Shown: positions 1 to 11,685 of the stretch, piece by piece
How positions within the stretch are numbered: position 1 is the stretch's first letter
Layout: every line of letters begins with the position of its first letter
Source of the DNA: Sphaerodactylus townsendi
Taxonomy: Eukaryota
DNA length: 64,000 bases
Assembly: GCF_021028975.2 (NCBI RefSeq)
Contig: NC_059439.1
Span: forward strand, 26,350,001 to 26,414,000
Reading direction: 5' to 3'
Notes under the pieces: generated by a model
The model's input: the letters and a program-made list of their open reading frames with translations, nothing else
What the model was told of the DNA's origin: nothing
Database searches by the model: none
Translations under genes and position numbers: made by a program

Positions 1-310
1 CTCCGCCTCGGAGACTCCGTAGGGGGGGAGGCCGAAAGGGGGGAGAAGGGCCGCCCCCCGCTCCTCTCTCCCCGGTCGGCTCCGTTCCCACGCACCTTCC
101 AAGCCAAAACCTCCCCCTCGCGCCACCAGCAGCGCGCGGCTCGCCATCTTCGCTCGCCCGGAATCTACGTCACGCCAGGCGCGTGGAGGAACAATAATAT
201 CCGTCGGTTCGCGAGCGAGCGCACCCTCTCCTCTCCCGGCGCTCTAGCCCTCCGTCTCTATGGTCGGGGGAACGATGTCGGTACTTTTCTCCCTCCAGAA
301 AGGGCGTCCT
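1..310 (-). promoter_or_regulatory. CpG-island housekeeping promoter
   Basis: High CpG density; YY1-type CGCCATCTT at 142-150; CRE-like TACGTCA at 166-172. Confidence 0.65.
96..147 (-). CDS. First coding exon (MASRALLVARGGGFGLE+G) of a gene running off the left edge; mitochondrial presequence-like, possibly TUFM
   Basis: ATG in AAGATGGCG context in a CpG island; 52-nt exon ending GAAG|GTGCGT; Arg/Ala/Leu/Gly-rich peptide; TUFM lies near RABEP2 in mammals (identity unproven). Confidence 0.5.
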
Positions 311-410
311 ACCCTACAGGCCTGTTTTGTTAAGAGAAATGTTTACAACTTTACAAATATAGCTTGGAGTGAACGATGTGATCATTGCATAAAGAGACCC
401 ACTATTTACT

Positions 411-703
411 GGAGCCATGTGGCGTAGTGGTTAAATGCTTGCGCTGCCACTCACACGGTCAGGAGTTCTAACCCCCCTGTGGGTCAGGTATCCTGGCAGC
501 TGGCTCATGGTCAACCCAGCAGCCATTCATCCATTTCTTGGTCGGTAAATGAGTACCTAACTCATAGCTTGGGGGTAAAGAATAGCCAGGGAAAGCAATG
601 GCAAACTACCCCACAAAAGAGGCTTGCCTATGAAATTACTGCTCCCAGTGGTGCCCCAGGGCCGGACACGACTGAAGGGGAAACTTTACCTTTACTCTTT
701 ACT
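411..703 (+). mobile_element. Sauria-type SINE (tRNA head, RTE/Bov-B-like tail)
   Basis: A-box TGGCGTAGTGG; tail GGACACGACTGAAGGGG followed by ACTTT/ACCTTT repeats. Confidence 0.7.
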
Positions 704-1648
704 GGGCATAGTGTGAATAGTAGGTCTCTTTATACAATAATCACATTGCCTGTGAACCACACTGGCTGTAATGATCTTTTTTTTTTAATTCATGGGTCTT
801 TGCTGCTGGATTCTCAAAGTTTGTGACAGGGTTCCATGTCCCTTTTTTTAATTAAAAAAAAATATGTTGCCAGCTGTAACATTTCTCTCAACGAAGGGAA
901 AGATTCTGGGCATTTCTCTCAACAATTTACACTTTGCCCAGTGGCTTAAAACAGAAACATATACACAGAGAGGAAAGGTGCAAGTGCTCTATTAGTGTGC
1001 AACGAAGTGCCTAAACATACAAACACATACACTAATTCCTATATAGTACTACTTATTTCCTATTTCATTGCACCTTTCTTCCCTGTACATGTTTCTGTTT
1101 TAAGCCACTGGGCAGAGTGTAAATTGTTGAGAGAAATGCCCAGAATTTCAACCCCACCCCTTGCATATTATTATTATTTTTTTTAAAACCATGATTTTAA
1201 AAGTTACAAAGTCCTAACTGGATTTTCCGGTTCCAAAGTACAGAAGACATTCATTTATACTGAAGCCAGGGTCTAGAAAGACACCACACACAACCATGAA
1301 TGATGGCAGGCTTAAAAAAATTTCGCAGATTTTTTTATCCCGAATAAAGTTGCCACCAGATTTATGGTCCCAGCATACTTAAATGCTACTGCTCATTCAA
1401 CCTGTAGGTTTTTAGTAGCGCCCCATTAGAATCCACACAAACAAGGCTTAACAAAGACTTAAAATCATTTTCTGCTATTTATAACATATGGAAAAAATTG
1501 CAACAGCCAAAGTAATCTCCAGCGTGCCCAGCTTTTCTCGCGCTGATGTACCAGCTGGGGATGGAATACATTCCAGATCTTGAGCAGATGTTCCAATAAA
1601 CCTTGTTAGTCTTGAAGTGTACTTGAGACTTGGTTGTGGTTTTCTCAA

Positions 1649-1926
1649 GAAGAAGAAGAAGAGTTTGGATTTATATCCCCCCTTTCTCTCCTGCAGGAGA
1701 CTCAAAGGGTTTTACAATCTCCTTGCCCTTCCCCCCTCACAACAAACACACTGTGAGGTAGGTGGGGCTGAAAGAGCTCCGAAAAGCTGTGACTAGCCCA
1801 AGGTCACCCAGCTGGCGTGTGTGGGAGTGTACAGGCTAATCTGAATTCCCCAGATAAGCCTCCACAACTCAAGCGGCAGAGCGGGGAATCAAACCCGGTT
1901 CCTCCAGATCAGGTTCCGCCACTGCT
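1649..1926 (-). mobile_element. Squam3/MIR-like tRNA-derived SINE
   Basis: One of about 20 similar copies in the window; (GAA)n tail, GGGTGACCTTGGGC core, B-box. Confidence 0.85.
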
Positions 1927-1989
1927 ATCGTACACATCTATCCACTTGCTCAAAGAAATCAAAGACCAGAGGCAAATACAAAAACCTCC

Positions 1990-1995
1990 TTTATT
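1990..1995 (-). terminator. Putative polyadenylation signal of RABEP2
   Basis: AATAAA on minus strand about 200 nt after the predicted stop. Confidence 0.5.
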
Positions 1996-2198
1996 ATGTT
2001 CCGGAGACTCCAGTGTGTAAGGGGGACAGATGGAAGGGACAACAGATATTCCAGCCATCCTTCTTCCAGAGCTCACGCTCACCTAGCGCTATCCTGGTAA
2101 AGCTCTGGAAGACAGAGATGACCCCTTTGGTGTACAGTATATCTTGGTTTCTCTGAGGTTCCCATGAAGCCGAGAGGAGAGCCCTCCCCAGCTTCACT

Positions 2199-2261
2199 CT
2201 AAGGCTTATTTCCATCTGGGACACTGCTGGATTCTACCCTGGAAGAAGCATCATTCTGCAC
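2199..2261 (-). CDS. RABEP2: RABEP2 predicted last coding exon 11 (VQNDASSRVESSSVPDGNKP*)
   Basis: Strong acceptor TCTCCTTTCTTTGCTGCAG, phase 0 matches exon 10, stop TAG then AATAAA; not clearly homologous to the mammalian tail. Confidence 0.55.
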   Translation of the reverse strand: MQNDASSRVESSSVPDGNKP

Positions 2262-2372
2262 CTGCAGCAAAGAAAGGAGAGAAGGAAAATTAACCTGTGA
2301 CATTTCTCATAACGTATGGCTACCAAAGCAGCATCTTGCATGCATCTGGAAAGAGCAGCAAATCCTCTAGCC

Positions 2373-2519
2373 CAGTGGTGGCGAACCTTTGGCACTCCAG
2401 ATGTTATGGACTGCAATTCCCATCAGCCCCTGCCAGCCTAACCCAATTGGCCATGCTGGCAGGGGCTGATGGGAATTGCAGTCCATAACATCTGGAGTGC
2501 CAAAGGTTCACCACCACGG
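2373..2519. mobile_element. Palindromic hAT-type MITE
   Basis: Near-perfect hairpin with CAGTGGTGGCGAACC ends; related copies at about 9277, 13602, 17724, 26242, 32921, 45490, 46349. Confidence 0.8.
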
Positions 2520-3141
2520 CTTCTAGCCAGCGTAAGCCCCCTTAAAGTCACCCCCACCCCCACCCTGCCACACTGATTTGCCAAACATCAGTCATACTCC
2601 AAATGCAAGCACATGTACACTCCAATCATATCAGCTGCAGTTTTCCCATCTCATTTTTACTCCTTGGGTTAGTGTGATGTATGCCTTCAGGTACAGAGAA
2701 GCATGAGGGGCCTGTAGGACTTTGCAAAAGAGCGAGCCCTGCAAAAAAGGACAGGGAGTTACTGTGTTTGGTTCTTATGAGAGGCCTGCCCACCCCTTTT
2801 CAATCCAACTCTGGCAGCCCCAAGGGTTAGACGCTGGCTTTCAATTTAAGAAAGAGAGGGAAAAAATGTGGGATCTTATATTCTGCAGGTCTAGTGCCCT
2901 CTGGGAGAAATGAACGAGCTTGGCAAAAGATTCCAAGCGCCCCATCAAAATCTCACCCTTGCAAAGACGATAGGGCTTTTGAAAATGCTTTTTTTTTTTT
3001 GCTGAAGGGCAAGTTGGGAAAGAGGGTCACAGAAGAAGAGAAGGTGAGAGATGAAGCAAATCACCCTGGTGTTTGCTTACCATAGACAAATGGACCACAA
3101 GCCACCTCCTGCACAAACAAGCAGGCAATGGACCAAGGAGC

Positions 3142-3378
3142 TACCGTGTTTCCCCGAAAATAAGACAGTGTCTTATATTAATTTTTGCTCCCAAAGATGC
3201 ACTATGTCTTATTTTCAGGGGATGTCTTATTTTTTCTGTGTTCTGTTCGTCGGGCATGCTTCCAAACAAAAACTTTGCTACGCCTTACTTTCGGGGGATG
3301 CCTTATATTTCGCACTGCAGCAAAACCTCTACTGCGTCTTATTTTCAGGGGATGTCTTATATTCAGGGAAACAGGGTA
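3142..3378. mobile_element. Tc1/pogo-like MITE
   Basis: TIRs CCGTGTTTCCCCGAAAATAAGAC flanked by TA; inverted second copy at 63504-63740. Confidence 0.8.
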
Positions 3379-4318
3379 GCATAGCATAGTGGCCAGGAGA
3401 CTAGATGGTTCTGACTAAGAAGGGAGTGCCTTAGGGATTCGTAGCTGAAACGACTGCATTTCAACTCATCCTACACAAGTGAAAAAACAGCCCAGCCACC
3501 CCTATTGTGGCTTGCCAACCGCTCTTGTTTGAGCAATCCCAGGTAGACAAGAAAGCCAGAAGGTTGTCTGAGCTTCCGAAGGGAACCCTCTCTGCATTTC
3601 TTCTGCAAGGCCATGCGAGCAACAGAACTGCCTTAACTTAGACAAGCTTGATTAAGTTACATTTAAAATGGGGAAGGGGGTTAACAGTGCATGTAAAATA
3701 AATCTGGAAATTGTGGCTTGTACCCTTTTTCTCCATTCATTTTTTTAAAGGGAAGGGTAGTCTTAAATCTACTTACAACCTTCTCTTCTTGGGAGTATAG
3801 GTGTCATTTGATATACTTCATTTATAGCCTGCCATTCTCCCCGATAAGGAGAATGCATCTCACATTGTTCTTTTCGTGTTATCCTCACAACAACTCTATG
3901 AGGTAGATTAGGCTAACAGAAAGAGACTGGCCCAAAGCCAACTGGTGGGCTTCAAAGGTCGAGTGGGGATTCGAACCTGTGTTTCCCGGATCCTAGTTCC
4001 CGGATCCTAGTTACCACTATACCACACAGGCCCTAAAGGGTTTTCTGTTTTTTTAAAACTAAACATGGTAGGTCTTGCCATTTGAGAGGAACAAAAAAAG
4101 CTAGTTACAAAAGGCAGATCTTGTAGCAAAACAGAAGAAAGAAGAGTTGGATTTATATCCCCCTTCCTCTCCTGTAAGGAGCTTACAAACTCCTTTCCCT
4201 TCCCCCCCCCCACAACAAACACCCTGTGAGGTAGGTGGGGCTGAGAGAGCTCAGAAGAACTGTGACTAGCCCAAGGTCACACAGCTGGCATGTGTTGGAG
4301 TGCACAAGCTAATACAGT

Positions 4319-4710
4319 CAGTGGTGGGATCCAAAAATTTTAGTAACAGGTTCCCATGGTGCTGGGATTCAAACTGTGGCGTAGCGCCAATCGGGCTGGG
4401 CGGGGCACGACGGGGGCATGGCTAGGCATTCTGGGGGCGGGGCATTCCTGGGCGGGGCTGTGGCAAGGACGCAGCCACTGCGCCGGTCCTTGGGCGGGAA
4501 ACGAATGCACGCAGGCGCAGGCTACCACACACGCCGGTGCACCTCCCGCTAGACGGCTTCAAGTTCTGCATGCTACTGCTGAGAGGAGGGGCGTAACTAA
4601 GTCAAAAATCACATGGCAAAATCACCAATTAGTAACCCCCTCTCGGCACACACAAATAATTAGTAACCTACTCTCGGGAATCTGTGAGAACCTGCTGGAT
4701 CCCACCTCGG
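4319..4710. mobile_element. Non-autonomous hAT element nested in a SINE
   Basis: TIRs CAGTGGTGGGATCC / GGATCCCACCTC; 8-bp TSD AATACAGT. Confidence 0.9.
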
Positions 4711-4972
4711 AATACAGTTCATCAGATAAGCCTTCACAGCTCAAGTGGCAGAGTGGGGAATCAAACCCGGTTTTCCAGATTAGAGTGCACCTGCTCTTAA
4801 CCACTACGCCACGCTGGCTCAATATGATGTATACAGAAACACTTAAAAACACTGTCAAGAGGAAAAAAGAGAAAGTACATATCCCTTTCCTGAATGGTTC
4901 TGTTCTTTTTTCCCTCCAAGCTCCAATAGCCCAATCAGCAGGGATTTCCAAAAGAACGCTCAGCCCCCTTAC

Positions 4973-5043
4973 CTGTCTCTCACTCCCCTCTTCCTGACCT
5001 TGCTGCAGTCTTTCCAGTTCGCTCTGAATGCTGTTAAAAGAGG
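4973..5043 (-). CDS. RABEP2: RABEP2 exon 10 (ASFNSIQSELERLQQGQEEGSERQ)
   Basis: AG/GT sites, phase 1 to 0; resembles RABEP2 ASLCSLRTEMERVQQEQ. Confidence 0.85.
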
Positions 5044-5775
5044 CTGGGGATTGGGAGGGAGAAGAGAAGAGAAAGTCAAGCCCCTTCGGGCAGCATTGCA
5101 CACACCCAACTCTTCACGGACATGCAGGCACTTCCATCATATAAAACCAAACCAAAATCCTACCTTGCAAGAGTTCTTCCAGCCAGAAGTAGGGCAGGAA
5201 GGAGAAAAAAGAAAGGCAGTCAGTCACTTGCATCGCAGTGAAAAAGATATCTGACATTGCACCATCAAACCAAGATTGCTGGATTTTTTTAGTCCCAGCA
5301 CTTTCTGATTCCAGGAGCCTGTTCCTTTCCCAATAGCTCAGGGTCCCCAACCTTTCTCATTCTGCAGGCACCCTTTGAATTCCAACACAGGCTGGTGGGC
5401 TCACCCCAAAAATGGCTGCCAAAGGAGGGACAGCAAACCATAAAATGTCGTGAAGTTTTGCCCAATAAAAATATAACGACTGCGTTTTCCCGGCTATGTG
5501 GCCACGGTCTGGTGGTTTCAGCTCCTGACGTTTTGCCTGCATCTTTGGCTGGCACCGTCAGAGGCATGTCACAGTAAGATGCATTTCGTTCCGTGGCTCG
5601 TAGAATCATAGAGTTGGAAGAGTCCAGAAGGCCCATCAAGTCCAACCCCCTGCCATGCAGGAACACACAATCAAAGCAGTGTGGGGTGATTGTGTGGTGG
5701 GGTATATGCTTTGTTTACTTCACAGGTGGGGGTGGTGAGGTGTTTTTGCATGTGTCCAGGTTGCATTTGAACCAG

Positions 5776-6075
5776 GAGCAGCAGTGGCCTAGTGGCTAAG
5801 AGCAGTGGCTACGAGCAGGTGCACTCTGATCTGGAGGAACCGGGTTTGATTCCCCGCTCTGCCGCTTGAGATGTGGAGGCTTATCTGGGGAATTCAGATT
5901 AGCCTGTACACTCCCACACACGCCAGCTGGGTGACCTTGGGCTAGTCACAGCTTTTCGGAGCTCTCTCAGCCCCACCTACCTCACAGGGTGTTTGTTGTG
6001 GGGGGGAAGGGCAAGGAGATTGTAAGCCCCTTTGAGTCTCCTACAGGAGAGAAAGGGGGGATATAAATCCAAACT
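5776..6075 (+). mobile_element. Squam3/MIR-like SINE
   Basis: Full-length copy with A/B boxes. Confidence 0.85.
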
Positions 6076-6570
6076 AAAAAAACCCCCTCTGAAGTCACCA
6101 GTTATAGATGCGGGCAAAAAGGTTAGGATCAGAAACCACCAGACCACGGCCACACAGCAGGGAAAAACCACAACAGCCAGTTGATTTCAGACATGAAAGC
6201 CTTCAACAATACATCGAATAACAGCTCTGCAATGTTTTAGGCAGAAGATCTGCTTAACATTATGCCTTTCAAAATGAACAGAAAAAATATTTCCTTGCAT
6301 ACTCGCAGCCACCCTCGCATAGTCAATCAAATCTCCAGCGGCCAATCAGAAGCCCTGCTGAGCAAAAGCCCCACTTGGCTCCACCCACTTTCTTAAGACA
6401 CTTGTTGAGCACCTGGAAAGATGGAAAGTACCATTGTGCTTACGGCTGTCACACTGCTGGGCACTCTGAAAGGTGGAGGAGCTCATGGGTGCTACATTGG
6501 GAATCCCCTGCTCTAGTTGGACTGCCAAGCTTTACCACCATTGCTCTCTCTGAGCCTCGTTCCCGCCTAC

Positions 6571-6748
6571 CTCGTTCTTCTCGCTCTCCGTCCAGCTTCC
6601 CTTGCAGTTCAGACCGGGCGGCCATCTCTTGGTCTAGCCTCTCGCGCAGGGACACAATCTCTATCCGCAGACGCTCGGCCTGGTGCTCTGAACTGCGAAG
6701 CTGCGATTCGACTTCCAGTTTTTGCTGGCTCACCATGCTCTGCAGGTC
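6571..6748 (-). CDS. RABEP2: RABEP2 exon 9 (DLQSMV...EHQAERLRIEIVSLRERL...EREER)
   Basis: Rabaptin motif AERLRIEIVxLRE; AG/GT, phase 0 to 1; an alternative in-frame acceptor lies 33 nt upstream. Confidence 0.92.
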
Positions 6749-6819
6749 CTGGCCAAGGGAGACGACAGCCCCGTCCATCACCTGAGGATTCACAGCCCTC
6801 CCATGCTGATACCCCATAG

Positions 6820-7422
6820 CAGTGATGGCGAACCTATGGCACGGGTGCCAGAGGTGGCACTCGGAGCCCTCTCTGTGGGCACGCACACACAGAGTTCGTC
6901 ATGTGCAGGGGTAGGGAACCTGCGGCTCTCCAGATGTTCAGGAACTACAATTCCCATCAGCCTCTGTCAGCATGGCCAATTGGCCCATTGCTGGGCGAGA
7001 AACTGATAGGTGGATTCCTGGAAGAAACACTGGTCTGTCATGAGGCAGAAAATCACCCCCCACACACACACATCTAGGCTGGCCTTGGCCACTGAGCACG
7101 ACGTGTGAAAACCACGGTGAGTAGGGAGGACTCGGCTGGCAGGCCTGGTGCCTGTGCTCTGGGTGGCTGCTGCCTGGCGGGCGCGCAGAGGAGGCAGAGA
7201 TGCTAGAGAGGCACAGAGCAGTGTGCACGGGACTTGCTGGAGGCTAGAGCAGGCTGGCCTTTGCTCGAGCAGGTGGGGCAGAGGAAGAGGGAGCCAACCA
7301 GTTTTTTTCTAAACTAAAACCTCAGTATTCAGCTTTAATTGCCGTGTTGGCACTTTGCAATAAATAAGTGGGGTTTGGGTTGCAGTTTGGGCACTCGGTC
7401 TCGAAAAGGTTCCCCATCACTG
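6820..7422. mobile_element. Non-autonomous hAT (Charlie-like) element
   Basis: TIRs CAGTGATGGCGAACC; TSD CCCCATAG; relatives at 42182-42591 and 50459-50957. Confidence 0.85.
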
Positions 7423-7468
7423 CCCCATAGCTTCACTATGACACAAGCAGAGGACTGGTCAGCATTAC

Positions 7469-7600
7469 CTGGATGGGGGGCGGCAAGCGCTGCATCCTGC
7501 CAGCGGCATCTTGGGAAGAGGCTCTGCGCAACGCCTCGTTTTCACTGTTGAGGAGCTGCACTTCATAGCTAAGGCGCTTGTGCAATGCAGCCAGGTCAGC
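7469..7600 (-). CDS. RABEP2: RABEP2 exon 8 (ADLAALHKRLSYEVQLLNSENEALR...)
   Basis: Resembles AELVTTHKCLHHEVKRLNEENQGLR; AG/GT, 132 nt. Confidence 0.9.
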
Positions 7601-8352
7601 CTAGGAGGCAAGGGAAGAGGGAGATCAGAAGCACAGGGAACAAACACGACTAAAGCCCAGGAACTAGGCCGAGACAGACTTCTCAGGCCTAGGCGATGGG
7701 TTGGACTCAGTAGAAGGCAACTTCATGTGTTTAATGTGCTGCCCTGGGATGGAAAAGCAGCATGCCTCTGGGCCAGTGCAGAGGGTAAGGGGCTTTGTGC
7801 CCCCACCTAGCACAGCAGCTACAACAGCTTTGCACCCTCGCCTAACAAAGCAGCTACAACAAGGTTCCCCAGGAGGTTGGGGCTGGGGGGAGAGACTGTA
7901 ACACAAACTGGTTCTCTGACAACACTCATCCTCAACCTCTCCTCCCTCCTAAAACCACAGTTCTGGAAGCCCCTCCATTTGCTGCCCAGCCTTTTTCCTC
8001 TCTCTCTTTGAAGAAGAAGAGTTTCGATTTATGTCCCTCCTTTCTCTCCTGTAAGAAGGCTCAAAGGGGCTTACACTCTCCTTTCCCTTCCCCACCCCGG
8101 TGAGGTGGGTGGGGCCGAGAGAGCTCCGAGAAAAATGTGACCAGCTGGAATTGATTTTCATGGCTGGAATCAACTGGTCACCCAGCTGGCGTGCGTTAGA
8201 GTGCACAGGCTAATCTGGTTCCCCAGATAAGCCTCCACAGCTCAAGTGGCTGAGCGGGGAATCAAACCCTGTTCTCCAGATTAGAGTGCGCCTGCTCTTA
8301 ACCACTACGCCACTGCTGCTCCTTCCCAACACTAAACACCAGCCACACTCAC

Positions 8353-8451
8353 CAACTGCTCCTGAGTCTGTCGCTGGCTCTTGCTCATTGTGTTTTGGAG
8401 GCCCCGGAGAATCTCCTCGGAGCTTTTGACCTGACTGAAAAGAACCTGGAC
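8353..8451 (-). CDS. RABEP2: RABEP2 exon 7 (VQVLFSQVKSSEEILRGLQNTMSKSQRQTQEQL)
   Basis: Resembles MQVLLAQVQNSEQLLRTLQ; GTGAGT donor; tandem acceptor could add one Gln. Confidence 0.9.
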
Positions 8452-8550
8452 CTGCTCCAAGAGAGAAACAGCAGTCATGGAGCACAGGGCTGTCAGGAGA
8501 TAGATCCAAGATGGTTTTCAGCTGCCCCCCCAAGTGCCACCAATACAGAC

Positions 8551-8643
8551 CTGCCTGCAATCCTCGCTGCTGCATCTGAGAATCTCCTCCAAGTGGGCCT
8601 TTTCCTGAGATTTCTTCTCCACAGCCTCCCGATGCTGCCGCAC
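8551..8643 (-). CDS. RABEP2: RABEP2 exon 6 (VRQHREAVEKKSQEKAHLEEILRCSSEDCRQ)
   Basis: Resembles LRRSNEDCAKQ; AG/GT, phase 0. Confidence 0.85.
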
Positions 8644-9777
8644 CTGGAGGAAGAGATCGGGCCCGCAACAAGGGGAAGAGAGGATGAAGTTGCACATTTC
8701 CTACAGCCCAGCTTCTTGAGAGGGAGCTTGCCTCCTTCTCGGCACACAGTTCAAACCCCGACACCTCCAGTTAAAAAAGGCTCAAGTAATTATGTGGTGT
8801 GAAAGACCTAAACTTGAGACTCTGGAGGGCCGCTGTCAGTCTGAATAGCATATAGTGATCTTGACGGACCAATGGCCGGATTCAATATGCATCATGTGTT
8901 CCCCTCCCCCCCCTCTCTCACACACACAAATATTAAAGAAGAAGAAGGGTTTGGATTTATATCCTCCCTTTCTCTCCTGTAGGAGACTCAAAGGGGCTTA
9001 CAATCTCCTTGCTCTTCCCCCCATCACAACAAACACCCTGTGTGGTGGGTGGGGCTGAGAGAGCTCTGAAAAGCTGTGACTAGCCCAAGGTCACCCAGCT
9101 GGCGTGTGTGGGAGCATACAGGCTAATCTGAATTCCCCAGATAAGCCTCCACAGCTCAGTTGGCAGAGCAGGGAATCAAACCCAGTTCCTCCAGATGCAC
9201 CTGCACTTAACCACTACGCCACTGCTAAAGGATTAGCAGTTTTGGGAACAGTTGCAAAAACAGAAAGGGTTAGAGCAGGGGTAGGGAACCTGTGGCTCTC
9301 CAGATGTTCAGGAACTACAATTCCCATCAGCCCCTGTCAGCATGGCCAATTGGCCATGCTGGCAGGGGCTGATGGGAATTGTAGTTTCTGAACATCTGGA
9401 GAGCCGCAGGTTCCCTACCCCTGGGTTAGAGAATGCAGCCTATCAGAGCTCATTACCCAATGCAAATAAGGGTCAGGCTGGTGTTGTTTTTACAAGGGAG
9501 AATGAAACAGGAGAAAAAAAAGAAAAGCTATTAGCTAGCCCAGGCAGGTATGTATGTTCCGGGAAGGGGGAGTGCTTTGTGGTCCCCATCCACTAAAAAC
9601 ACAGGAGCATAATAGTACCCCCCTAAACAGAGTTACACCCTCCCAAAACCATTGAACCATTTCCATAGAATCAGAGTTGGAAGAGACCACAAAGGGCCAT
9701 CGTCCAACCCTCTTGCAGTCCACTGGGACTTCTCCTGCTCTCTAGGAGCTCTCAAAGATTATAGCAAGTGGACCAGA

Positions 9778-9917
9778 GGCTCCTTCCGCACATGCGGAAT
9801 AATGCACTTTCAAACTGCTTTCAGTGCTCTTGGAAGCTGTGCGGAATAGCACAATCCACTTGCAAACAGTGGTGAAAGTGGTTTGAAAATGCATTCTTTT
9901 GCGCGTGCGGAAGGGGC
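9778..9917. mobile_element. Palindromic PIF/Harbinger-like MITE
   Basis: TIR GGCCCCTTCCGCACATGCAGAATAATGC; more than 10 copies (e.g. 20383, 24367, 24877, 25957, 27881, 37350, 43701, 52927, 56661). Confidence 0.75.
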
Positions 9918-9997
9918 CAGAGATTACTTCCGCCAGTTCTTTTAATATCCTGGGATGCAGTTCATCAGGCCCTGAAGATTCGAATTCATTTAAAGTA

Positions 9998-10153
9998 NNN
10001 NNNNNNNNNNNNNNNNNNNNNNNNNNNNNNNNNNNNNNNNNNNNNNNNNNNNNNNNNNNNNNNNNNNNNNNNNNNNNNNNNNNNNNNNNNNNNNNNNNNN
10101 NNNNNNNNNNNNNNNNNNNNNNNNNNNNNNNNNNNNNNNNNNNNNNNNNNNNN
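9998..10153. other. Assembly gap
   Basis: Run of N. Confidence 1.
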
Positions 10154-10260
10154 AGCCTCTAATATTTAAAGGCATGCAATGTCTGAAAGGCTTCAAAAGA
10201 GGGCACTTGCCTGCACCCCGAAGCCTAGGCAGCCTTCTAGTCCCCCACACTCTCTTTTAA

Positions 10261-10480
10261 GAACATAAGAACATAAGAACATAAGAACAAGCCAGCTGGA
10301 TCAGACCAGAGTCCATCTAGTCCAGCTCTCTGCTACTCGCAGTGGCCCACCAGGTGCCTTGGGGAGCTCACATGCAGGATGTGAAAGCAATGGCCTTCTG
10401 CGGCTGTTGCTCCCGAGCACCTGGTCTGTTAAGGCATTTGCAATCTCAGATCAAAGAGGATCAAGATTGGTAGCCATAAA
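10261..10480 (-). mobile_element. CR1 LINE 3' end
   Basis: (ACATAAGA)n tail and 3' UTR shared with copies at 15233, 38401, 39866, 44463, 48526. Confidence 0.85.
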
Positions 10481-10514
10481 TAAATTGATAGCCTTTTCCT
10501 GCCCTTTCACACAC

Positions 10515-10829
10515 CTTGTTGTGAAGCTGCTTCCATTCTGAGTCAGGCACAAGCTGGTACCCAGCCGGCGGCAGGTAGATGGTCTCCGGTACCAGGGTAG
10601 CACTAGAGGAGGCAATTGACACCGTCTCAGGGCTGGCAGACCGTCTGCGGAGCATCGGGAGCCCAGGGCTTGGTACCAGCAAGGAAGAAGAGGCAATGGA
10701 GACACTGTCGAGGCCAGAAGCAAATTTTTCAGCCACTCCTCCTTCCTCCGGGGTAACATGGTCATCTCCTAGTCCATCGGGGAGCACTATGTCGACGAGC
10801 AGAGATTCAGATGAGCTGAAGAGGCCGTC
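10515..10829 (-). CDS. RABEP2: RABEP2 exon 5 (...TLVPETIYLPPAGYQLVPDSEWKQLHNK)
   Basis: Resembles TLVPEGIYLPPPGYQLVPDTQWEQL; 315 nt, AG/GT. Confidence 0.95.
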
Positions 10830-11345
10830 CTGGCAGCAAACAAACAATGAATTAATCCGAGACGTTCCCAGAATTTTCAAAAATGCCAAAGCAGCCCAGG
10901 TGGGACGAGCATACAAGTTGTTGGTTGCTGGCAGGAAGTTGCCCCAGCCCTGTCATTTGGGGGCCCAAAAGAGAATCTCCACAATTACACGAATCGGAGA
11001 ACATCTAATTGGCAACACAAAACTGGTTTTGACAAATGACTCATCCAATAGGACTTTAACTGAATAGCATCCATCGGGTGAGACTTATAATTCATTCTGC
11101 CACAATCCTGACACCCGTCAGTCAAGTTTGGTGTCATTTGCTGATCTGTTTACCGAGTTTCTAGCTTAGAGAGAGAGAGAAAAAAGACTCCATCGCGGAG
11201 CAAAGGCACAGCTCGAAATAGCTATTTATTCGGCAATACCCAGTCCCCACAAGAGCTTTCGGCAGAGATCCTCCGCTTTAATAACAAGCTCACCCCACCC
11301 AGCTTTGGCATTTCACATTCACTTTCCATTTCCTCCCCGGCTCAC

Positions 11346-11465
11346 CTGCTCACCCTGCAGCTCCTGAACTAGCCCCTCCGCCCGGGCCAGCTTCCCCTTC
11401 AGTTCGTCAATTTCCTGCTCCATGGGCAGCACAATGGCTCGGAGTCGTTCTGTATCTTCCTGTGC
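11346..11465 (-). CDS. RABEP2: RABEP2 exon 4 (AQEDTERLRAIVLPMEQEIDELKGKLARAEGLVQELQGEQ)
   Basis: Rabaptin motif IVLPMExEI; AG/GT. Confidence 0.95.
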
Positions 11466-11563
11466 CTGCAGGGAGAAAGGAAGCGCGCCAGTCAGGGGCC
11501 CTCCTGAAGGCTCTCTGCCTCCCGGACAGACCCGAAAGAGGTCTTTGGCTCTTCCTCAGTCAC

Positions 11564-11685
11564 CTTTTCCATCTGTTTCTCCAAGGAGTCCAATGGGCTG
11601 CTCCTCGGCAGCAGGCGGCTCCAGACGTTCTCCCGGCTCTCGCGCTCTCGAGCCGAAAGGCGCGCCTCGTAACTAGAGATGGTGT
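11564..11685 (-). CDS. RABEP2: RABEP2 exon 3 (DTISSYEARL...PLDSLEKQMEK)
   Basis: Resembles DSISSYEAQ and PLDSLEKQMEK; phase 1 to 0. Confidence 0.95.

Noticed and set aside
411-490. tRNA gene
   Set aside because: tRNA-like head of a SINE; no complete cloverleaf
3081-3108. 28-nt micro-exon candidate in the last RABEP2 intron (EVACGPFVY)
   Set aside because: Good splice sites but no homology, and it shifts frame to an early stop; unsupported without RNA data
4356-4997. 213-aa ORF and similar recurring ORFs (22927, 29684, 36419, 55992)
   Set aside because: Chance frames through hAT MITE and SINE sequence
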